The position numbers and the translations under genes were made by a program. The notes beneath the pieces were generated by a model. It was not told where the DNA came from and did no database searches. It saw only the letters and a program-made list of their open reading frames with translations. A DNA stretch of 61,166 bases. Origin: Dehalococcoidia bacterium. Its GTDB lineage: Bacteria > Chloroflexota > Dehalococcoidia > GIF9 > AB-539-J10. Within the stretch, counting starts at the first letter, position 1. The number at the start of each line of letters is the position of its first letter. The DNA lies in the NCBI GenBank assembly GCA_009619075.1, contig WJOY01000039.1, positions 1 to 61,166 of the forward strand, given 5' to 3'. Of this stretch, positions 54,552 through 61,166 are shown piece by piece.

Positions 54552-56009
54552 ATGCCACAATGGCAAGGACAACTTGTTAAGATAGACGATTATCATTGGG
54601 AAATTCCTCAGAGCTACAAAGATGGCATGCGTGTTCCCGGGTTAATCTATGCTAGTAAAGAGCTGCTAGAGTCCATACGTGAGGAACAAACACCAGAGCA
54701 AGTCGCCAATGTTGCCTTTCTTCCCGGCATAATTAAATTCTCCTTTGCTATGCCAGACATCCACTGGGGTTACGGTTTCCCTATAGGTGGAGTTGCTGCC
54801 ATGAGTGTTAAGGACGGCGTAATTTCCCCTGGCGGAGTGGGTTATGACATAAACTGCGGGGTAAGGTTGTTACGTACCAATCTTAATGAAGCTGAAGTAA
54901 GGCCTAAGATCGACCAGCTCGTTAACCGACTATTCGCTAATGTGCCCTCTGGTTTGGGCTCTGAGGGAAAAATAAAGGTAAGCCGAAAAGAAATGAATGA
55001 ATTGATGGCTGGAGGGGCCCGCTGGGCAGTAAAGCGTGGCTTCGGTTCCGAGGAAGACTTAGATGCCACTGAAGAAGGCGGATGCCTGAAGGGAGCTGAT
55101 CCGAGTAAGATAAGCGATAAAGCCATAAAGCGGGGTATGCCTCAAGCGGGCACATTAGGCTCAGGAAATCATTTCCTCGAGGTTCAGGTAGTGAAGGAGA
55201 TCTTTGACCCTAACATAGCTAACGTCATGGGTATTAACCAAATAGGCCAAGTATTGGTTCTAATTCACACCGGCTCCCGAGGCTTTGGTCATCAGGTATG
55301 CACTGACTATCTGAGGGTGATGGAAGGGGCGGTATCGAAATATGGAATAAAACTTCCTGATCGCCAGCTTGCTTGTGTCCCGATAGAATCAAAGGAAGGT
55401 AGAGACTATTTAGCTGCCATGGCATGCGCTGCCAATTATGCCTGGTGTAACCGACAATGTATTACTCACTGGTTTAGGGAAAGTTTTTCTAAAGTCTTCG
55501 GTAAAAGTCCTGAGGAACTTGGCATGAAGCAGATTTACGATGTGGCGCACAACATCGCCAAGATAGAGGAACATATGGTAAATGGGCAGAAACTCAAGGT
55601 TTGTGTACATCGCAAAGGCGCCACCAGAGCTTTCCCACCTAACCATAAGGACATTCCTCAGAAATACAAGGAGATAGGGCAGCCTGTGCTTATCCCAGGA
55701 GATATGGGGCGTTGCTCTTTCATTGCTGTGGGCACCCAGAAGGCTATGGAGGAAAGCTTTGGCTCTACCTGTCATGGTGCTGGCAGAATGCTAAGTCGCC
55801 ATGCCGCTAGGCGAAGCTTGAGAGGTAAGGATGTAGCTCAAGATTTGAAGAGCAGGGGCATCACTATTAAGACAGGGAACATACCTTCCCTAGCTGAGGA
55901 AGCATCTCAGGCTTATAAGGATGTCACTGAAGTGATAGAGGTCTGCCACCAAGCCGGTATTTGTAACAAAGTAGCCGTGGCCGTTCCCCTAGGCGTTATT
56001 AAAGGCTAG
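54552..56009 (+). CDS. rtcB: RNA-splicing ligase RtcB
   Basis: 485 aa; PDIHWGYGFPIGG, GYDINCGVR, GSGNHFLE, CHGAGR motifs. Confidence 0.95.
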   Translation: MPQWQGQLVKIDDYHWEIPQSYKDGMRVPGLIYASKELLESIREEQTPEQVANVAFLPGIIKFSFAMPDIHWGYGFPIGGVAAMSVKDGVISPGGVGYDINCGVRLLRTNLNEAEVRPKIDQLVNRLFANVPSGLGSEGKIKVSRKEMNELMAGGARWAVKRGFGSEEDLDATEEGGCLKGADPSKISDKAIKRGMPQAGTLGSGNHFLEVQVVKEIFDPNIANVMGINQIGQVLVLIHTGSRGFGHQVCTDYLRVMEGAVSKYGIKLPDRQLACVPIESKEGRDYLAAMACAANYAWCNRQCITHWFRESFSKVFGKSPEELGMKQIYDVAHNIAKIEEHMVNGQKLKVCVHRKGATRAFPPNHKDIPQKYKEIGQPVLIPGDMGRCSFIAVGTQKAMEESFGSTCHGAGRMLSRHAARRSLRGKDVAQDLKSRGITIKTGNIPSLAEEASQAYKDVTEVIEVCHQAGICNKVAVAVPLGVIKG

Positions 56010-56015
56010 AGCAAC

Positions 56016-56678
56016 ATGTCATTGCGAGCGAAGCGAAGCAATCCCCAGCTTGTAATAAAGCTTCCACCCCCTCAGTTAAAAGGTAAGATGTCGCTGGAAG
56101 AAGCTATAGCTAGCCGTAGATCAGTTCGAAGATATCGCTCAGAATCATTAACACCTTCTCAGTTATCTCAGATTCTCTGGTCAGCTCAGGGTATTACCGG
56201 GGCCGGTAGACTTAGAGCAGCACCCAGCGCTGGAGCTACATATCCTCTGGAAATTTTTGCTTTTATTGGCAAACAAGGTGTCATTGCGAGCGAAGCGAAG
56301 CAACCTAAAGAGGAGCTACAAGCTGGCATTTACCACTACGATGTGGATAGTCATTCACTGGTTTTGCATCAGCCAGGGGACTTAAGGAAAGAGCTAGCTA
56401 GGGCAGCTCTGGATGAGGGATTCATTGCCAATGCCCCACTGGATATCGTTATCTGTGCCCTTTATCCCAGGACCTCCTATAGATATGGCCGGCGCGGGGA
56501 AAGATATGTTCACATGGAAGTAGGGCATGTCGGGGAAAACATCCACCTTCAAGCTGTAGCTCTGGGCTTGGCCACAGTGGAAGTCGGTGCATTTGATGAT
56601 GAGGAAGTAAGGAAAGTTCTAGGAGTGGAAGAACAGATTAAGCCTTTGTACATCATGCCCATTGGCAACCCGCTGTAG
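56016..56678 (+). CDS. SagB-type dehydrogenase / nitroreductase-fold protein with repeat-derived start and internal insertion
   Basis: 220 aa; LPPPQLKGKMSLEEAIASRRSVRRY and PSAGATYPLE motifs; MSLRAKRSNPQ and VIASEAKQP are repeat-encoded. Confidence 0.75.
   Translation: MSLRAKRSNPQLVIKLPPPQLKGKMSLEEAIASRRSVRRYRSESLTPSQLSQILWSAQGITGAGRLRAAPSAGATYPLEIFAFIGKQGVIASEAKQPKEELQAGIYHYDVDSHSLVLHQPGDLRKELARAALDEGFIANAPLDIVICALYPRTSYRYGRRGERYVHMEVGHVGENIHLQAVALGLATVEVGAFDDEEVRKVLGVEEQIKPLYIMPIGNPL
56018..56043 (+). repeat. hairpin-repeat unit supplying the 5' end of the SagB-like ORF
   Basis: (AT)GTCATTGCGAGCGAAGCGAAGCAATC. Confidence 0.9.
56280..56304 (+). repeat. hairpin-repeat unit inside the SagB-like ORF (different frame from the first copy)
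   Basis: GTCATTGCGAGCGAAGCGAAGCAAC. Confidence 0.9.
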
Positions 56679-56871
56679 GGAGTAAAATCGCTCGTTCTCC
56701 ATTCAGTTTTGCCTCATAGCCTGGCTGTCTTTACCACTGCTGCTATTTAATGCTTTGCTGGTGACCTATGCATCGTATTCCGCAATGCCCTTGCCAAACT
56801 AGTAGCTAAATAGGCACAGGCACTGAGGCGGAAAGTTTCTTGCACTCCCTAAATTTCTAATAACAGATTTC

Positions 56872-56943
56872 GTCTAACGGCTTGCGAAGCCGCCGCAGGC
56901 GGTTTGGGCGAAGTGTAGCGCATCCTGATATGCTCTGTTAGGC
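56872..56943 (-). mobile_element. attC-like site 1 (degenerate)
   Basis: Plus strand GTCTAAC GGCTTGCGAAGCC...TAGCGCATCC...CTCT GTTAGGC; shares CTAACGGCT, GCGAAGCC and TAGC(C)GCAT blocks with site 2 but lacks the long L stem. Confidence 0.35.
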
Positions 56944-56992
56944 GCTGTGCACTTTTTTATAATAAAAATCATTAAGAACCTTTTTTTATATT

Positions 56993-57876
56993 TTATCTTT
57001 TTACCTCAGCCAGAGCTATTCGCTCAATTTCAAATACTTTTAAATCAAGGTTTACCAATTTCATATAACGTTCCTGAACCTCCTCTGATCCAATATCTTC
57101 AATAAGAGAAAGGGAATATTTTGAAAGATAATCACCTATATCAGTCGGGTCCAAGCCATAAATCCAGAGGGGATTATTTTTTTACGCATATGTTTATACA
57201 TGACTTTTATACCATCATGGATGTTTTTACCCTCAATAAAACTCTTTAGAATGTAGGTAAAGACAATTTTACTACCAGGAGCAGCCTGCGCTACATATTT
57301 CATAATACTATCATTAGCTTCTTTTGAAATATATTGTGTAACTCCTTCCCAGATAAAAAGAGTCTTAGAGGTTAAATTGTATCCTGCTTTTTTTAATTCA
57401 GTATCAAGACTTTGCTTCTCAAAATCAATAGGAACAAAAATAACGTGATTTGGAAGCTTTCCTAATATTTTCCCCATTTTTGCTTTTTTCGTTTTTATTA
57501 CTGATGGATGGTCCACTTCAAAGTAACTTATGCTTTCTATACTTGGAATATAATAAGCACGGCAGTCCATTCCAGCACCTAGGTTGACTACTGTTTCAAT
57601 TTCCTTTTTTGTAATACTATTTTTTAATACATCATCTATATAACGAAAGCGGCAAAACATCCAACCCATCGACCCAGGAGAACTTTTTTCCTTCGATTTC
57701 ATAATGGAATCAAGTATTTTAGGTGAACGCATGAGAAATATAAAAAATTTGTAAAAAGGTGTTAATAATTTTTCAGAATATGGATCTTCAAAAAGTCGCT
57801 TTTCTTTCGGATATAACATTCCTGTAGCTCTCGCCCAAGAAACACCGAAACCTGTTTTGATTGCTTTCATAATCAC
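56993..57876 (-). pseudogene. class I SAM-dependent (LCMT/TIGR00027-like) methyltransferase, frameshifted in an A7 run
   Basis: ORF 57136..57876 (VVNLGAGMDCR, FIWEGVTQY) ends soon after the A7 run (57177-57183). One extra A restores NPLWIYGLDPTDIGDYLSKYSLSLIEDIG...ERIALAEVKR* ending at 56993. The 884-nt span is not a multiple of 3. Confidence 0.6.
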
Positions 57877-57905
57877 TCCTCAACTAATTTAAATATTTGC
57901 ATTGC

Positions 57906-57993
57906 GCCTAACGGCTGGGGGATATGCGAAGCCCTGACCGAAGGGAGGGGTTTTAGTGGAGCGATAGCGTAGCCGCATATCCACCTGTTATAT
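57906..57993 (-). mobile_element. attC-like site 2
   Basis: Plus strand GCCTAAC GGCT GGGGGATATGCG ...45 nt... CGCATATCCACC T GTTATAT; 11 of 12 pairing in the inner stem. Confidence 0.5.
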
Positions 57994-58055
57994 GACCGAG
58001 CCGAAGGCGAGGCAAGGAGCGAAGCGACGCAGAGTTCCGAACCCAACCATTTATG

Positions 58056-58532
58056 TTATTTCTTACTTCTAATTCCATATTTCTCTCTAAGGGTTTGTTC
58101 CCAACCAAAGATTTTTAGAAGAAATTTTTCATGTTCTTTAAACTCTTCCATCAATTTATCATCCAACTTTACTCTCTCAAGTGTAACTGGATTGTAAATA
58201 ACAATTTCATTTTCATCACTCATCTTCTCATCTAATTCCCAATGTGCTACTGCATTTCTCAATCGTTGAACAAATCTTAAAGAGTTTTTTACTTTTGGGT
58301 ATTGTTTTAATTTTTTAAAATATGGGATTTGCTCGTAGAGTGAAATCTTTTTATCAAAACTAAAATGGGATGTGTTTATAATGTACCAATAGAAAATTGA
58401 GGCTTGCCTATTAGTTTTAGGAAAAAAATATGTCCTTAGCCTCCAACCAAGAGCTCCTTCTATTACGGTTGCATCTGAAATTATATTCCCCCTAAACCAA
58501 CTTAACTTTTCCCTGATGATTTTTTTATCCAT
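58056..58532 (-). CDS. cassette ORF, possible HEPN-domain protein
   Basis: 158 aa; LRFVQRLRNAVAHWE contains an Rx4H (RNxxxH) motif, as in HEPN / Abi2-type proteins. Confidence 0.45.
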   Translation of the reverse strand: MDKKIIREKLSWFRGNIISDATVIEGALGWRLRTYFFPKTNRQASIFYWYIINTSHFSFDKKISLYEQIPYFKKLKQYPKVKNSLRFVQRLRNAVAHWELDEKMSDENEIVIYNPVTLERVKLDDKLMEEFKEHEKFLLKIFGWEQTLREKYGIRSKK

Positions 58533-58582
58533 AATTAAATACCTATACTCAATAGTCTTGTCTTATAATTTTTCGGAATTTC

Positions 58583-58664
58583 ATATAACGTTTCGCGAGT
58601 ACCCGAAGTTGGCGACCATTGGGAGCAATTTGGGCGGAGCGAAGCCGGATACTCGCTGTTATGT
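58583..58664 (-). mobile_element. attC-like site 3
   Basis: Plus strand ATATAAC GTTTC GCGAGTACCCG ...40 nt... CGGATACTCGC T GTTATGT; outer 7-mers pair 6 of 7 plus a wobble, inner stem 10 of 11. Confidence 0.5.
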
Positions 58665-58745
58665 GCTGAGTAGAGCGCACTTTTATAATAAATTCCCTGC
58701 CCTCCACTTCCCCCGGAGTCATGGATGGCATAGGCGAGAATTGTA

Positions 58746-59789
58746 TTATATTTTTACAGCTTCGACTAAACCTCCAAATGGCTTTTCTTTTTCTGTTGTC
58801 TTTCCCATCAATCTAAACTCTCCTAAAGCTAAGCCGGCTTCTTTTAAAAGGGTTTCAACATTCTCTTTAGGATTCTTAGTTGTATCAATTCCAAATTTCC
58901 AAATTTCGCCACTCATCTTTAAAAGGGGTTTTCCATAATATTTCATAATAAAGGAACCTTCTCCGGTTCCTGCTACAACTGACCTTGAATATAAATCAAA
59001 GGTAATAACACTGCCCTTTGCGCTTGATTTTGCGACTGCTTTTAGAGTCTGGTTCACACTTTCTTCTTCCAGGTAAGGAGTTACTCCCTCCCAGAGAAAG
59101 AATGCCTTTTTAGAAGTGTCAAAGCCATAATCGATCAGCTTATCCACCCATGATTCCTGATTGAAATCTATTGGAACAAAAGTGATCCATTCATAATCAA
59201 TTCCCGCTTTTTTAAGAGCTTCAATTTTGCAGTTTTGGGTACTCTCTTTATCCAGTTCAAAGACTTTAATATTTTTTCCTTTACAATACTTGAATGCCCG
59301 TGTGTCAAATCCTGCGCCCATAAAGACAACCTGATCCATACTATTAATGTTTTTTTCCATCATTTTGTCAAAAAATCCTGTTCTGCAGCCAACAAGACTC
59401 ATCAATGATGCTTTTTCAGGTTCAGGTAATCTGGCTAAACCTGGTAAATATCCACAGATTCGATTTGCAATAAAAGCAGGCCCCATCATCAACCATAATC
59501 CAGCTCCTGACATAAAGGGTAATGAAGAGATCAGCTTTACAGTAGCTTCATCCCTGCGTAATCCAAATATATGTAAAAACCAACGAGAAGATAAAGGGTT
59601 TGTGGCTGTAGCTGATACACCATGTTTTTTGGTATAAATCATGGCTTTTACAACTATGAAAATATATCCGAATATTGTTAAAGGCAAGAGAGGTAATTGA
59701 ATGATTAAAAAAACTATGAACTGAAAAGGTTTAATAATAAATCGTAATGCTACCGGTAATTCTTTTTTTGAAGAGTAATTTCTTGGCAT
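58746..59789 (-). CDS. membrane-anchored class I SAM-dependent (LCMT/TIGR00027-like) methyltransferase
   Basis: ORF 58746..59840 trimmed to MPRNYSSKK behind AGGAGG; VVFMGAGFDTR and FFLWEGVTPY motifs; paralogue of the frameshifted cassette gene. Confidence 0.7.
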   Translation of the reverse strand: MPRNYSSKKELPVALRFIIKPFQFIVFLIIQLPLLPLTIFGYIFIVVKAMIYTKKHGVSATATNPLSSRWFLHIFGLRRDEATVKLISSLPFMSGAGLWLMMGPAFIANRICGYLPGLARLPEPEKASLMSLVGCRTGFFDKMMEKNINSMDQVVFMGAGFDTRAFKYCKGKNIKVFELDKESTQNCKIEALKKAGIDYEWITFVPIDFNQESWVDKLIDYGFDTSKKAFFLWEGVTPYLEEESVNQTLKAVAKSSAKGSVITFDLYSRSVVAGTGEGSFIMKYYGKPLLKMSGEIWKFGIDTTKNPKENVETLLKEAGLALGEFRLMGKTTEKEKPFGGLVEAVKI

Positions 59790-59838
59790 ATCTAAACCTC
59801 CTAAGAATAATAACATGTAATTCTGCGCTCTGCCTTGC

Positions 59839-59855
59839 ACATAACTTGTTCATAT
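59839..59855 (-). mobile_element. attI-like simple site
   Basis: Minus strand ATATGAAC AA GTTATGT, immediately upstream of the first cassette ORF; compare the AACAAAGTTAGGC end of attI1. Confidence 0.35.
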
Positions 59856-59860
59856 CTGCA

Positions 59861-59904
59861 GTACTTCGTCTATATCACTAATTTTGGAGTATATACGAAG
59901 TAAT
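59861..59904. repeat. lox-like inverted repeat (14-15-nt arms, 15-nt spacer)
   Basis: GTACTTCGTCTATAT cactaattttggagt ATATACGAAGTAAT; the right arm reverse complement ATTACTTCGTATA matches the loxP arm ATAACTTCGTATA at 12 of 13 positions. Confidence 0.6.
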
Positions 59905-59956
59905 TGGGCTATGTTTCCTTTGGGCGTTTCGTTTGGTTTTCTGAAATTGCACACCT

Positions 59957-60770
59957 TCATTTCTTCGATCCATTTGCTTGGATGGGTAGGGTATCTAACG
60001 GGCTTTTTATCTTAGTTAAATCTCTGTTACTAACATGAGTATAGATTTCGGCCGTCTTGCTACTGCCATGTCCCAACAACTCTTGGATATACCTTAAATC
60101 CACTCCATTCTCCAAAAGATGGGTGGCAAAGCTATGTCTTAAAGAGTGAATAGTTACATCCTTTTGAATTCCAGTGGTCTCACAAGCATGCTCGAATACA
60201 GCTTGCGCTGTCCTTATAGTTATATGCCTTCCTGGATTAGCCCCTGGAAACAGCCAATTATCTGGCTTATATTCTTTCAAATACCTTCGTATCAAAACAA
60301 CAGGCAGTTTCTTGTCTTTCTTAGGCCTTTTTATCTCATACACAAAGTTCCGTTTCAAGATTTCCCCATAATAGAACTTCAAGGCATTGATAATAATGTT
60401 CAAACTCGATGTGGATGCTTGCTTTTGTTCAGCAAGGTAAACCAGATAATCTCTTGTGTCTTTCTGAGTGATTTCCCTGGGCATCTTGCTTGAAAACCCT
60501 AGGAAATCCTTGTTGTAATGGATGTAAGGCTTTACCGTCTTTGGGCTGTATTTTCTTGCAACCAATTCCTCGCTTGTTCGAAGAGTGGGATCGATTTCGC
60601 TTCTTTCCCCATCAAAAACAGATAATATTTTCTCTAAAATACCATCGCTGGATGGAAAGCTCCAATACTTCTCTTCAGGGTGCCATCGGTATCCATTGAT
60701 AGTCTTTATTTTGGCAATATAAGACGAATTATAGGAGAAGGTAACTTTTATCCTGTCATCAAAAGTCTTG
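59957..60770 (-). pseudogene. tyrosine recombinase remnant: no start codon, internal deletion removing box I
   Basis: The frame is open from a TAA at ~60771 ([44 protein letters not shown]...) without an ATG. KKLPVVL joins directly to [30 protein letters not shown] and IYTHV are present, but the Arg-I/TGxRxSE and KGxKxR segments are absent. Confidence 0.55.
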
Positions 60771-60876
60771 CTGATTCTTGCTGATTCTTATTGATGCCTT
60801 CATCGATTCACCTGATTTACCCAATACTTTTCGGTAGTACCTAGTTTGCAGCAGCTATGACTGCGATTAGATTTAA

Positions 60877-61166
60877 TCAGCTTTTTGCCTTTCCTGCCTG
60901 CTTTACTAGCCAGTATTCTATGCTATCCGCCAAAGCGAGCCAGCTGGCTTCAATGATATTAGTTGAACTGCCTACAGTTCTCCAGTGCTCTCTGCCGTCG
61001 CTGGATTCAAGCAGCACTCGCACTTGAGAGGCAGTGCCAGCGGTTTCTTCAAGAATGCGCACTTTGTAGTCAGTGAGCTCTACAGCAGTCAAGTCAGGAT
61101 AGAATTGAATCAAAGCTTTGCGTAAAGCCTGGTCAAGTGCATTAACCGGTCCATTACCTTCGGCAG
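60877..61166 (-). CDS. C-terminal (LeuA-dimer regulatory domain) part of a citramalate / 2-isopropylmalate synthase; 5' end beyond right window edge
   Basis: The frame is open to the window edge; ...[74 protein letters not shown]. Confidence 0.8.
   Translation of the reverse strand, partial: AEGNGPVNALDQALRKALIQFYPDLTAVELTDYKVRILEETAGTASQVRVLLESSDGREHWRTVGSSTNIIEASWLALADSIEYWLVKQAGKAKS

Larger units (their letters stand above)
56872..59855 (-). mobile_element. integron-like gene-cassette array (three ORF + attC-like units, attI-like site at the upstream end)
   Basis: AT-rich same-strand ORFs, each followed on the coding strand by a GC-rich imperfect palindrome bounded by xxxTAAC...GTTAxxx. 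Confidence 0.55.

Noticed and set aside
58516-58938. 140-aa plus-strand ORF in the island
   Set aside because: It spans attC-like site 3 and is antisense to two cassette ORFs. It has no RBS and no recognisable motifs.
59861-59904. A genuine loxP site or engineered sequence
   Set aside because: Only one arm is 12 of 13 identical to loxP. The other arm has an extra base and the spacer is 15 nt rather than 8. It is treated as a natural lox-like recombinase site.
59957-60565. Calling the island recombinase an integron integrase (IntI)
   Set aside because: It lacks the IntI-specific additional segment before the HxLRH motif and is defective. It is called only a tyrosine recombinase remnant.

Overview
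This 61-kb chromosomal window is mostly compact housekeeping operons. By inference from gene content and protein sequences only, it resembles an anaerobic Chloroflexota/Dehalococcoidia-type genome. Recognisable blocks:
- ppdK (partial) and a four-subunit 2-oxoacid:ferredoxin oxidoreductase (porGDAB).
- nadE and dcd-ribD-ribE-ribBA-ribH.
- hflX, dapL-dapF-miaA-tpiA-pgk and a polyprenyl synthase.
- rpsB-tsf-frr-cdsA-dxr-rseP-ispG-(pentapeptide/channel)-proS.
- thrS-infC-rpmI-(membrane ORF)-rplT-pheS-pheT.
- archease-rtcB and a partial cimA/leuA-type gene.
- Ten tRNA genes.

Four things go beyond ordinary annotation:
1. An abundant family of short hairpin repeats (GTCAnnCTGAG heads, GCGAAGC cores) occupies at least 15 loci. 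Three sequence variants show compensatory changes in two nested helices. Many copies sit in-frame inside or at the termini of essential genes (dapF, dxr, proS, pheT, miaA, tpiA, ribH, a SagB-like gene) and appear to be translated. This resembles Rickettsia palindromic elements.
2. An AT-rich island (about 56.9-60.8 kb) looks like a decayed integron-like cassette array. It has three same-strand ORFs, each followed by a GC-rich imperfect palindrome bounded by xxxTAAC...GTTAxxx. It also has an attI-like simple site, a lox-like inverted repeat and an internally deleted, start-less tyrosine recombinase.
3. Two GTAG-type REP/BIME-like doublets bracket a symporter plus ThrC-like module.
4. A ~160-bp duplicated 3' end of a CaCA antiporter gene brackets an RCK-channel gene.

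There is also a small gene-decay zone (21.8-23.7 kb) with an R-M remnant and an IMPase fragment. All functional calls rest on motif recognition by eye; no searches were run.
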